Assembly (NCBI GenBank): GCA_032260385.1
Contig: JAVVEL010000015.1
Location: forward strand, 862 to 64,861
Source of the DNA: Bacteroidales bacterium
GTDB lineage: Bacteria > Bacteroidota > Bacteroidia > Bacteroidales > VadinHA17
DNA: 64,000 nt
Direction of reading: 5' to 3'
This document shows, in pieces, positions 19,513 to 28,532 of the stretch. Made by a program: the position numbers and the translations under genes. The notes below the pieces were generated by a model. The model saw nothing but the letters and a program-made list of their open reading frames with translations. It was not told the DNA's origin and searched no databases. The first letter of the stretch is position 1; every line of letters begins with the position of its first letter.

Positions 19513-20274
19513 TTAATGCAACCTGTGATAAATCCGATCAACAAGGTCTTTCAGATCGGAAGGGACGGCTGCCCTCAGGTTGTCAAAATCAGGCTTTGCC
19601 CTGGGCCTGCATCTGAGGTCATCAGGGTCGTTTAGAGGAGTTCTTGTACCCTTCCCCAGATATGAAAAAATCCTCCAGGTGTAGTCTTCCCTGAAAAGAG
19701 GCTGAAGCTCAAGTCCTATTAAATCAAAAAGGACGGCAGGAGCATAATCCATGCTATGTTCCAGCTTACTTACTTCTTCCTTAATCCATTCATTGGATGC
19801 CAGGTTTAACATTATATCGACATTCTGGTATGCCGTCTTTATCTTTTCAGACTTAAGTGAAGAAAAAGCTTCATAATCACCCTCGTATCCCGGGCCGGGG
19901 CTGTTGTCAATCCACTTTTCGGCAAAATGATCAAGGAACCTGAATGAAGCCATATGGGCCAGTGAATTGGCAAGCCAGGTAAGCTGCCTGGGGTCAGTGT
20001 AAATTGTGCTGAGTACATGGGCAAACTGGTATGCCACCTTCCCATAGGTAAGATGACCTACTGTCAATCCTACCTTATAATGGTCCTCGGCCAGGGGGGT
20101 ATAGACCCTCATGCCATAATAAAGATCATTTATTACCCTTATGGGTTTATATCCCAGGGGAGGCGGTGAACCCACAAGCCGGTCAAATTCGGAAGCCAGT
20201 TCATTCGTAACAGGGGCAATATTTTTATTATAAGATTCAGAATCCCATAACTCAAGCATTATTTTCCAGTTCAT
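19513..20274 (-). CDS. Hypothetical protein, zincin-like with degenerate HExxH
   Basis: YQFAHVLST...WLANSLAHMAS resembles the YQFAHExCH...WFEE pattern of putative metallopeptidases. Confidence 0.65.
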   Translation of the reverse strand: MNWKIMLELWDSESYNKNIAPVTNELASEFDRLVGSPPPLGYKPIRVINDLYYGMRVYTPLAEDHYKVGLTVGHLTYGKVAYQFAHVLSTIYTDPRQLTWLANSLAHMASFRFLDHFAEKWIDNSPGPGYEGDYEAFSSLKSEKIKTAYQNVDIMLNLASNEWIKEEVSKLEHSMDYAPAVLFDLIGLELQPLFREDYTWRIFSYLGKGTRTPLNDPDDLRCRPRAKPDFDNLRAAVPSDLKDLVDRIYHRLH

Positions 20275-20400
20275 CTCAGTTATTTTTATTTATAAATCCG
20301 CTCTATCTACAATCAATGTAGACTTTTTTTCGAAGCAATGCAAATTTCAAAAATTAATGTCTAAAATGCAATAAGTAGATTTTGTATATTGAGCTTTTGT

Positions 20401-20408
20401 TATATTTG
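20401..20408 (+). promoter_or_regulatory. -7 promoter box (TATATTTG)
   Basis: TAnnTTTG match just upstream of ATG 20416. Confidence 0.5.
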
Positions 20409-20415
20409 CATTAAT

Positions 20416-21864
20416 ATGCCGGATAAAACCCTCAATAATGTACTTTTGCATGGCCTGGGAATCATGTTTTTTCTGATTTTTACGGGGGCCAGCAGCTCCG
20501 GACAGCAATATCCTGTCATTATTGACACTTCTGACTATCTTCCCTATCCTGACGGGCTGAATATAAACCTGATGATAGCTTCAGCAGAGGGATATACATC
20601 TGAAGTGCACCGCCTGGTAAAACTGGGAGCCGATGTTGATGCCACAGATCCGGAGAATATCAGTCCGCTTATTTATGCGGTGGCCAATAATAATTTAAAC
20701 ACCGTTAAAGCCCTCCTCGAATACAATCCAAATACAGGGATAATGACCAACAGCGGGGAATCAGCCTTACATATAGCCGCCAAGGATAATATGCTTGAGA
20801 TTGCCGAAGCACTGATTAGGACTGATGCAGACCTGAATCTGAAAGATCGTCACGGAGCCACACCCTTGCACTATGCTTCGGCATATGGCTACTTCTATAT
20901 GTGTGACCTTCTTATTTATTATAATGCAGCTATTGAAGCCCGGTCAGAAGATGGTTCTACCCCACTGATGGCAGCAGTTTATTCAGGACAGGCAGATATA
21001 AGCGACCTGCTTTTACAATCAGGAGCAAGTGTCAATATGACTGATAATGAGGGATATACCCCCTTGATGATTGCCGCGCAGAACAACGACACACTGGTTA
21101 TGAATTTATTGTTAGGCGCAGGATCCGATATGGAGGCTGTCAATGCTTATAAATATGATGCTCTTGGTATCGCAATACGGAATAATAATTATGAAGCATA
21201 CAGGTTTCTGGTGGAAAGAACTGAGCCGGGGAGTTATAAAAATAACAAAGATATCTTATCACCTGCATTAATAGCCAGGAAGTACGGAAGGTCAAAAATT
21301 CTGGCCGAATTAAATGAAGCCGGACTCTCCGAAGCATCAAAACTAAGCTTCGATCATGTCAAGATACAGGCAGGCATAAAAGCAAGCATGCACGACTATT
21401 ACACCGGTTTCGGCCTCAGTTTTAAAGACCCCTTACTCAGGATAATGCTGAACGCCGGCTTTGAAATAAAACCGTCATTCAGCAGGGTGCTGGTTGAGTC
21501 TTCTCCGGATACATATTACCAGTATTATGATAAAAGATATATCATCTATGCGGGTGCAGGGAAAGAATTTAAATTACATGAAGATTATTCCAGGGGTAGT
21601 TTCTCGATAGATCTGAACCTCAACATCGGGTATATGATTGTCCACCAGTACAGGGGCACCAATATCAAACCTCCGGACAGGATAAGACTTATGCCACAGG
21701 CATTGCTGCGATGGAATAAGGGCAATATAAATGTTCATGCCGGGTATGAATACATGAAAACCGATCTTTACAAGATAGGCCCCAGCTGGTTTATCCTGGG
21801 ATTATCCTATGATGTGCACTTCGATAAGATGCGTGGTCCCTTAAAAAAAATAAGATGGTACTGA
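20416..21864 (+). CDS. Ankyrin-repeat protein with C-terminal beta-barrel-like domain
   Basis: About 7 ankyrin repeats (GESALHIAA, GATPLHYAS, GSTPLMAAV, GYTPLMIAA), then amphipathic strands (YTGFGLSFK, LNLNIGY, VHAGYEY, FILGLSY). Start uncertain. Confidence 0.85.
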   Translation: MPDKTLNNVLLHGLGIMFFLIFTGASSSGQQYPVIIDTSDYLPYPDGLNINLMIASAEGYTSEVHRLVKLGADVDATDPENISPLIYAVANNNLNTVKALLEYNPNTGIMTNSGESALHIAAKDNMLEIAEALIRTDADLNLKDRHGATPLHYASAYGYFYMCDLLIYYNAAIEARSEDGSTPLMAAVYSGQADISDLLLQSGASVNMTDNEGYTPLMIAAQNNDTLVMNLLLGAGSDMEAVNAYKYDALGIAIRNNNYEAYRFLVERTEPGSYKNNKDILSPALIARKYGRSKILAELNEAGLSEASKLSFDHVKIQAGIKASMHDYYTGFGLSFKDPLLRIMLNAGFEIKPSFSRVLVESSPDTYYQYYDKRYIIYAGAGKEFKLHEDYSRGSFSIDLNLNIGYMIVHQYRGTNIKPPDRIRLMPQALLRWNKGNINVHAGYEYMKTDLYKIGPSWFILGLSYDVHFDKMRGPLKKIRWY

Positions 21865-22280
21865 GAATCACTAAAATACTGACATTTCAACTCTTACTTG
21901 GTTTCTTTTTCCTTACAGCATGTGAAGAATTAGATATGATTGACTGCAGCGAATGCACCGTAATCGAACAAAAAACCTGCACACTTCGCATTGAGCTTGG
22001 TGAAGTATACGGCAGTGGTGTTTTATATGATGTTACCATATACAGGGGATCAATAGAAGACGGGGTGGTAATTTATAATGTTAGGACCTATACTTCAGTT
22101 TATTACACCGTAAGCCTCAATTCTGAATATGCAGTCACGGTATCTGTTGAAAAATTCGGTAAGGAATATATCGCCGTAGATTCAACCAGGCCACGGGTTG
22201 AAGTCATTACTGATGTATGCGATGAAACCTGTTACATGGTAAGGGACAATACCCTATACCTGGAAATGAAGTATTACTGA
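21855..22280 (+). CDS. Small Cys-rich lipoprotein
   Basis: Lipobox FLTAC, CSEC, C and CDETC motifs; overlaps the ankyrin gene by 10 nt. Confidence 0.75.
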   Translation: MVLRITKILTFQLLLGFFFLTACEELDMIDCSECTVIEQKTCTLRIELGEVYGSGVLYDVTIYRGSIEDGVVIYNVRTYTSVYYTVSLNSEYAVTVSVEKFGKEYIAVDSTRPRVEVITDVCDETCYMVRDNTLYLEMKYY

Positions 22281-22302
22281 CAATCCCCACTAAGATTAGA
22301 AC

Positions 22303-23520
22303 ATGAAGTATAAATTAAGTTATGGAAAAACTTATATAAACCTTACCCTCCCCTCTGACAGCCAGTTCATAAAAATAAATCCGCCCGGGAGTAAACCCGA
22401 CAAAACAATATTCATTAAGCAATTATCAGGACTGATAAAACCCGGAGCTTCTTCGGCAGGAATAGTGGTTTCAGATAAAACAAGGGTTTGTGAATATGAT
22501 AAATACCTGCCCTGGCTGATCGAAACACTAAAAAAAAAGGGATTTGATGAGAGTTCAATACGCTTCTATATTGCCTACGGCACTCATCCCGTGCAAAGTC
22601 GTGAGGAAAGTCTCATGATCTACGGTGATCTTTATGACAGTTATAAATTTGTGCATCATGACTGTGATGATCTTAGGGCCATGACAAACCTGGGAACCAC
22701 CGGAAGAGGAACGCAGGTGCAAATAAGAAAGGATGTCCTGGAACATGAGCTCCTGATTTTATTCGGTGCCCTCACCCATCACTATTTCGCCGGCTATGGA
22801 GGAGGCAGAAAACTGCTCTTCCCGGGTCTTGCAGAAAGACAGTCTGTATATGCGAATCATAAGATGTATATCGATTTTGACAAATACATGCTCAGGCCCG
22901 GATGCCGGTCAGGAAATCTGTCCGGCAATGCGGTTGCCGAAGACCTTCGGGAAATTGACGGTTTAATGCCCGAAAAGATTATAATAAGTGGAATACCAGG
23001 GACCAAGGGTCGCATTGGCAGGCTGCTGATAGATAAAACATATGAGGATTTTGTATCGTCATGCAGTATTTATGATAATCATTTCAGGAAGGGAGAAAGC
23101 AATAAGTATGATAATGTCATTGCTGGTACCGGTGGCTATCCGAAGGATATAAATTTTATCCAGGCGCATAAATCATTACATAATGCTGCTTCCTTTGTGA
23201 AGGATGGAGGTAATTTATACCTCCTGGCTGAATGCAGGGATGGCACGGGCAATGATGAATTCATTAAAATATTAAAAGGAAAGAATAAGAAGGAAATCTT
23301 TGATGACCTCAGGGAAAATTATAGCGGAAACGGAGGCACAGCCCTGTCGCTTTTATCAAAAACAGAAAGAATAAACATACATATGCTCACAGGCCTGGAT
23401 GACAAAATTTGTAATATTTTAAATATAAATAAAATAACGGCTGATGACCTGGGAAAAAAATCAGGCCGCCTCAGTGGAAGTACAGCTCTGATAGAAAACG
23501 CAAGCATGGTTTATTGTTAA
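22303..23520 (+). CDS. LarA-family nickel-pincer racemase/epimerase
   Basis: SDKTR, YGTH, HHYFAGYGGGRKLLFPG, ANH, GGYPKDINFIQAHK and AECRDG motifs. Confidence 0.88.
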   Translation: MKYKLSYGKTYINLTLPSDSQFIKINPPGSKPDKTIFIKQLSGLIKPGASSAGIVVSDKTRVCEYDKYLPWLIETLKKKGFDESSIRFYIAYGTHPVQSREESLMIYGDLYDSYKFVHHDCDDLRAMTNLGTTGRGTQVQIRKDVLEHELLILFGALTHHYFAGYGGGRKLLFPGLAERQSVYANHKMYIDFDKYMLRPGCRSGNLSGNAVAEDLREIDGLMPEKIIISGIPGTKGRIGRLLIDKTYEDFVSSCSIYDNHFRKGESNKYDNVIAGTGGYPKDINFIQAHKSLHNAASFVKDGGNLYLLAECRDGTGNDEFIKILKGKNKKEIFDDLRENYSGNGGTALSLLSKTERINIHMLTGLDDKICNILNINKITADDLGKKSGRLSGSTALIENASMVYC

Positions 23521-23537
23521 ATAAGAAATAGCTATTT

Positions 23538-24425
23538 ATGAAATTCCTAAAGATACCGGTCTTTCTTCTTCTAATCCTGATTGCACAGTCATCACTGGCT
23601 CAGAAAGACATAAAATCCCTGAAAGAGCAAATCATAAACAACAGTGATTATGATAAGGTGGAAGGGATGGCTCTGGACATAGTAAAGACCGGTTTTAATG
23701 CAGGTGACGGGTACAACCAGGTATGGGCCAGGGATCTGAATACTTTTATTAAATATTCATGCAGGATCCTGCCCCGTGAAACAATACGTGATGCACTGCT
23801 CAGGTTCTTTTATTTCCAGGGCTTTGACGGCAATATGGTGGGTGGTTATGAGGAGGTGCCTCCCGGTTTTAAAGCCGATAATTATGCTGTTTACGAGAGC
23901 ATAAGGGAAAATGTTAGGAATTATTTATGGGATGACAAAAACAACAAATTCATTCCCCACATCTATATACGCTGTAAAGAATTCGCAGGAATTGACGAAT
24001 CTGAAATATATTACCACGGGGGAACTATTGTGGCCATTGAAGCAGGAGTCCTGGATAAAGACGAGGTAGGTGAAAGCCTGCGTATCATGAGAGCCAATGT
24101 AAAAGCTGCCGGTGCCATGTCTGTCGGACTGACCATGTACCCTCCCTGCCCTGACGGCAGCTTTGAAAACAAGGGGATGGGTGCTTACCAATATCAGAAT
24201 GGTGGTGACTGGACATGGTTCGGGGCAAGACTGATACCCGGTCTCGTAAGATACGGCTTTGTAGAAGAAGCAATAGCAGAACTCGAACCATTCATAAAAA
24301 GGGTAATAGAGAACGATGGCTTTTATGAATGGTACACCATCAGCGGCGAACCCAGAGGATCAGGTACATTCAGGGGATCGGCAGGTGTCCTGCTTGAAGC
24401 TATCGAAAAGCTAAGGGAATTATAA
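23538..24425 (+). CDS. Exported (alpha/alpha)6 glycoside hydrolase-like protein, apparently internally deleted (possible pseudogene)
   Basis: GFNAGDGYNQVWARD, YQNGGDWTWFG and GFYEWY motifs. Only 295 aa; the central barrel segment appears absent. Confidence 0.7.
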   Translation: MKFLKIPVFLLLILIAQSSLAQKDIKSLKEQIINNSDYDKVEGMALDIVKTGFNAGDGYNQVWARDLNTFIKYSCRILPRETIRDALLRFFYFQGFDGNMVGGYEEVPPGFKADNYAVYESIRENVRNYLWDDKNNKFIPHIYIRCKEFAGIDESEIYYHGGTIVAIEAGVLDKDEVGESLRIMRANVKAAGAMSVGLTMYPPCPDGSFENKGMGAYQYQNGGDWTWFGARLIPGLVRYGFVEEAIAELEPFIKRVIENDGFYEWYTISGEPRGSGTFRGSAGVLLEAIEKLREL

Positions 24426-25976
24426 TTCTTCATCGTCCTTGTAATATACTCTCAATTCTTGCAGTCTGTTTTCTAGTTCCTTCCGGATTCCAAGATAAGC
24501 CGGGTCATCATATACATTTCTCATTTCATCGGGATCCTTCTCAAGATCATAGAGTTCCCACTCATCAATATCATCATAGAAATGAATAAGCTTATACCTG
24601 TGGGTCCTGATACCATAATGTTTTTTTACCATATGGACTGCAGGATATTCATAATAATGATAATAAAGGGCATCCCTCCATTCTATATCTCCGCCTTTCA
24701 ATAAGGGAAGGAGGCTTTCCCCCTGCATGTCTTCCGGAGCCTTTATACCGGCTGCATCCAGGAAGGTCTCTGCAAAATCTAAATTCTGGACCAGCTGCGA
24801 TGACCGGCTTCCTGGCTTCACTTCGCGGGGCCACCTTATGATAAGGGGAGTGCTCATTGACTCTTCATACATAAATCTCTTGTCGAACCAGCCATGCTCA
24901 CCCAGGTAGAAACCCTGATCTGAGGTATATACTATTATTGTATTATCTGCCAGGCCATTATCTTCGACATAATCGATTATGCGACCAACATTCTCATCAA
25001 CGGCTGCAATACTGCCAAGATAATCCTGCATATAGCGCTGGTATTTAAACCTCATTAGTGCTTCTTCATCCATTGAGGGATATTCTTCCCTGAACTTTCT
25101 GTTTACAGGTCCGTATGCATTGTTCCAGGCTACAAACTGTTCCTCGGTGTACCTCTCGAATTTGCTGGTTAGAGCCCTGAAATCCCAGTCGCTCTTAGGT
25201 TCAATTCCCAGTTCTGTCAGAATATCAGGATGTATTTTGGTATCACCTGCCATATTCATATGATCCAGGATTGACATTTCTGCGGTCCTGGCTGCCGTAC
25301 CGCGGCCGTCATAATCATCAAACAGTGTTTCAGGCTCTTCAAATGTTTTTCCCACATATTCGTTATAATGCCTCATTGCCGGCTCCCATTCGCGATGTGG
25401 CGCCTTATGGTGGTACATCAGCAGAAAAGGCTTATCTTTCTGCCTCTGATCCAGCCATCCTATGGCCAGGTCAGTTATTATGTCCGTCACATAACCCTCG
25501 ATTCTTTCTCTTCCACCGGGAGTAACAAAATCAGGATTATAATAGTGACCCTGGCCGGGAAGGATTCTCCAGTAATCAAAACCTGCCGGTTGTGATCGCA
25601 GATGCCATTTGCCTATCATAGCCGTCTGATAACCTGCTTCCTGCAGTAATTTTGGGAAGGTAAGCTGCGTACTGTCGAAGCGGGCAGACGAGTTATCTAT
25701 CTTGCCATTGATATGGCTGTGTTTGCCGGTCAGTATTACCGCCCTGGAGGGTGCACAGATTGAATTTGTAACATAAGCATTTTCAAACAGCATCCCCTCG
25801 CTGGCAAGTCTGTCAATATTTGGCGTTTCATTCCTGTAAGAACCATAAGCACTTATTGCCTGGCGGGCATGATCATCCGTCATTATAAAAATGATATTAG
25901 GCTTCTCTTCCTTCCTGCCGCAGGAGAGCATAAAAAGCATTATAAAAAAAACTGCCATTTTTGCCGGGTCTTTCAT
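24420..25976 (-). CDS. S1 sulfatase, Cys-type, lipoprotein
   Basis: PNIIFIMTDD, CAPSRAVILTG, GKWHL, SDQG and ELYDLEKDP; lipobox MLSC. Confidence 0.95.
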   Translation of the reverse strand: MKDPAKMAVFFIMLFMLSCGRKEEKPNIIFIMTDDHARQAISAYGSYRNETPNIDRLASEGMLFENAYVTNSICAPSRAVILTGKHSHINGKIDNSSARFDSTQLTFPKLLQEAGYQTAMIGKWHLRSQPAGFDYWRILPGQGHYYNPDFVTPGGRERIEGYVTDIITDLAIGWLDQRQKDKPFLLMYHHKAPHREWEPAMRHYNEYVGKTFEEPETLFDDYDGRGTAARTAEMSILDHMNMAGDTKIHPDILTELGIEPKSDWDFRALTSKFERYTEEQFVAWNNAYGPVNRKFREEYPSMDEEALMRFKYQRYMQDYLGSIAAVDENVGRIIDYVEDNGLADNTIIVYTSDQGFYLGEHGWFDKRFMYEESMSTPLIIRWPREVKPGSRSSQLVQNLDFAETFLDAAGIKAPEDMQGESLLPLLKGGDIEWRDALYYHYYEYPAVHMVKKHYGIRTHRYKLIHFYDDIDEWELYDLEKDPDEMRNVYDDPAYLGIRKELENRLQELRVYYKDDEEL

Positions 25977-25991
25977 GTCAGGTTTGTTTTA

Positions 25992-26765
25992 TTAGATTAT
26001 TTCCTCGGATAATTTCTTTCTCAGGTCGTTAAGTTTTATATTTTCATCTATCTCGCCAAATTCAGCCAGTGATATTTTTCCCCGTTCTTCCGATACAACA
26101 ACTACAATACAATCTGTCAGTTCGCTTATTCCTATGGCTGCCCTGTGCCGCATCCCAAAACGGGGGGGCAGGTTCGGGTTATCAGTGGCGGGCAGGGGAC
26201 ACCTTGCGGCATATATTTTCCCTGATTCAATAAGCACGGCACCATCATGAAGAGGACTGTCTTTAAAAAAAATATTTTTCAGCAATTCCGCACTGACTCT
26301 TGCTTTGATGATTTCTCCACCTTCCGAATACAATTCCAGGGAACTTCGCCTGCCAATAACTATCAGGGCGCCGTACTTTGAATCAACAAGCCATTCAACA
26401 GCCCTGACAATCTCTTCTATATCCGTCTGTTTCTGTCTTGAATCCACCGAACCACCACTGAAAAATCGCTCTATGGAATAATTACCTCCTCCCATATACC
26501 GGCTTCCTATCATAAGCAGGAAGCGCCGTATCTCCTGCTGGAAAACTATAATCAGTACAATCACACCTCCGCCAAACACCGCCGTCATTATGGAACTTAT
26601 CAGTTCCATCTGCAATAATTCCACTACCTTCCAGAACAGGTAGACAACAAAAATGCCCATGAAAATAGTTATAGCTGCTGTACCCCTTATTAAACGATAG
26701 AGCTGGTAAAGTATGAAAGCCACAAGGATAATGTCAATTATGTCCAGAATGGTGATTGGCGGCAT
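25992..26765 (-). CDS. cdaA: Diadenylate cyclase CdaA/DacA
   Basis: Three TM helices, FQQEIRRFL, PLHDGA and GMRHRAAIG. Confidence 0.93.
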   Translation of the reverse strand: MPPITILDIIDIILVAFILYQLYRLIRGTAAITIFMGIFVVYLFWKVVELLQMELISSIMTAVFGGGVIVLIIVFQQEIRRFLLMIGSRYMGGGNYSIERFFSGGSVDSRQKQTDIEEIVRAVEWLVDSKYGALIVIGRRSSLELYSEGGEIIKARVSAELLKNIFFKDSPLHDGAVLIESGKIYAARCPLPATDNPNLPPRFGMRHRAAIGISELTDCIVVVVSEERGKISLAEFGEIDENIKLNDLRKKLSEEII

Positions 26766-26788
26766 ATCGTAATTTTGATTCTTTCAGA

Positions 26789-26796
26789 CAAATGTA
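26789..26796 (-). promoter_or_regulatory. -7 promoter box (TACATTTG) of cdaA
   Basis: TAnnTTTG match 24 nt upstream of ATG 26765. Confidence 0.55.
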
Positions 26797-26817
26797 AAAA
26801 ATATAAGTGAATTAATT

Positions 26818-27648
26818 TCAGCCTGCATTCAAACGGCTCACAAGTTTTATGGCCTGAACAGCCTCAGCCACGTCATGAACCCTCAGTATTGAAACTCCCT
26901 TCAACAGGGCAAGCGTATTCAGAACAACAGTGCCATTAAGGCTTTCGTCGGGACTTATTTCAAGCGTTTTCCATATCATCGATTTCCGTGAGAGTCCTGC
27001 AAGAACCGGCAGACCGAGAATAGAAAAGCGTTCAAGCCCATTCAGAAGTATAAAATTGTGGTCGATGGTCTTGCCGAAACCAAAACCGGGATCAATAATA
27101 ATATCTTTTATGCCCCTTAGTACCAATTCCTGCTTTTTCACTGAGAACCATTTCAGCAGCTCTCCCATTAAATCATCATATACAGGATTGATATGCATAT
27201 TCTGAGGACTTCCTTTCATATGCATCAGGATATACGGGACTTTATATTTTTCAATGACATCAAAGATTTTATCATCCAGGTTTCCGCCTGAGATGTCATT
27301 TATTATATCCACACCAAAATGATTTATCCCGATTTCCGCTATGGATGACCTGAATGTATCCAGCGACAGGATTGCCGAAGGAAATTCCCTGCGCAGGAGC
27401 TTTAGAGCATGGCTAATCCTCTCAAGCTCTTTTTTTTCTGTAATGTTCTCCGCACCCGGACGGGAAGAATAGCCTCCTACATCAAGCATATCAGCTCCCG
27501 ATTCAAGCATTTTTGCAGCCCGGCTTAATATCTCCTTTTCGCTGTTGACCCTGCTGCCTTTATAAAAGGAGTCAGGTGTTATATTTAGTACACCCATTAC
27601 CCTTGGAAACGAAAGATCAAAAAGTGAACCCTTTATATTAATATTCAT
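26818..27648 (-). CDS. folP: Dihydropteroate synthase
   Basis: MGVLNITPDSF, DVGGYSSRPG, DPGFGFGK, SRKS and RVHDV. Confidence 0.97.
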   Translation of the reverse strand: MNINIKGSLFDLSFPRVMGVLNITPDSFYKGSRVNSEKEILSRAAKMLESGADMLDVGGYSSRPGAENITEKKELERISHALKLLRREFPSAILSLDTFRSSIAEIGINHFGVDIINDISGGNLDDKIFDVIEKYKVPYILMHMKGSPQNMHINPVYDDLMGELLKWFSVKKQELVLRGIKDIIIDPGFGFGKTIDHNFILLNGLERFSILGLPVLAGLSRKSMIWKTLEISPDESLNGTVVLNTLALLKGVSILRVHDVAEAVQAIKLVSRLNAG

Positions 27649-27682
27649 ATTTTATGTTGTGTTGGATCAAATAAGGTGTAGA

Positions 27683-27814
27683 CAAAAATAACAGTTAGAT
27701 CCCAAATATATATCCTTACACTGCATAAAGTTACCGGAGGTTAATATCTCTTTTATTCCTGTTAGTTCTTTTAGCCTCTTTGTCAGGGTAAATATTCATT
27801 ACTTATTATATTTG
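27683..27814. promoter_or_regulatory. Divergent folP/tmk promoter region
   Basis: Minus-strand TATTTTTG (27683-27690) and TATATTTG (27703-27710); plus-strand TATATTTG (27807-27814). Confidence 0.55.
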
Positions 27815-27842
27815 TAGGTGATCCAATTTTTATGGCAGCCTG

Positions 27843-28532
27843 ATGAAATTAATAGTAATAGAAGGACTTGACGGTTCCGGCAAGTCCACTCAGATACAAA
27901 AACTGAGGGAGTATTTCACCGGAAGAGGCCTGGTACATGAATTCATCCACTTCCCGAGGACCGCAGCTCCGTATTTCGGAGAACTGATATCACGCTTTCT
28001 CAGGGGGGAATACGGACAGGTCAATGAAGTAGATCCCTATCTTGTTGCCATGCTTTATGCAGGAGACAGGAAAGACGTAGCAGACAATATTTATTCATGG
28101 CTCCGGGAAGGTAAATTTGTTCTCCTCGACCGTTATGTCTATTCAAACATAGCCTACCAGTGTGCAAAAATTAAAAACAAAGAGGGGAGGGAAGCATTGA
28201 AGAAATGGATCTTAAACCTCGAATTCAGACACTTCGGAATTCCCATGCCAGACATTAACATCTTCCTTGATGTGCCATTTGAGTTTACTGAAAATAAACT
28301 GAGGGCAGGAAGATCAGGACTTGACCGGGACTATCTTAACGGAAGCAATGACATTCACGAAATTAATCTTGAGTTTCAAAAACAGGTCAGACAGGTCTAT
28401 ATCGAAACTGCAGCAAGTGAAAAATCCCTTGAAATCATTAACTGCACTCAAGAAAAGGCTACTATCCTTTCGCCGGATAAAATTTTCAGCCGGATAATAG
28501 ATTTATTAAAGAAAAACGAAGTAATAGTATGA
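27843..28532 (+). CDS. tmk: Thymidylate kinase
   Basis: IEGLDGSGKST P-loop, FPR, LLDRYVYSNIAYQ and PDINIFLDVP. Confidence 0.93.
   Translation: MKLIVIEGLDGSGKSTQIQKLREYFTGRGLVHEFIHFPRTAAPYFGELISRFLRGEYGQVNEVDPYLVAMLYAGDRKDVADNIYSWLREGKFVLLDRYVYSNIAYQCAKIKNKEGREALKKWILNLEFRHFGIPMPDINIFLDVPFEFTENKLRAGRSGLDRDYLNGSNDIHEINLEFQKQVRQVYIETAASEKSLEIINCTQEKATILSPDKIFSRIIDLLKKNEVIV

Noticed and set aside
25992-26765. cdaA as the output of the SiaBC switch
   Set aside because: About 29 kb away and in its usual folP-linked position; nothing in the sequence links them.
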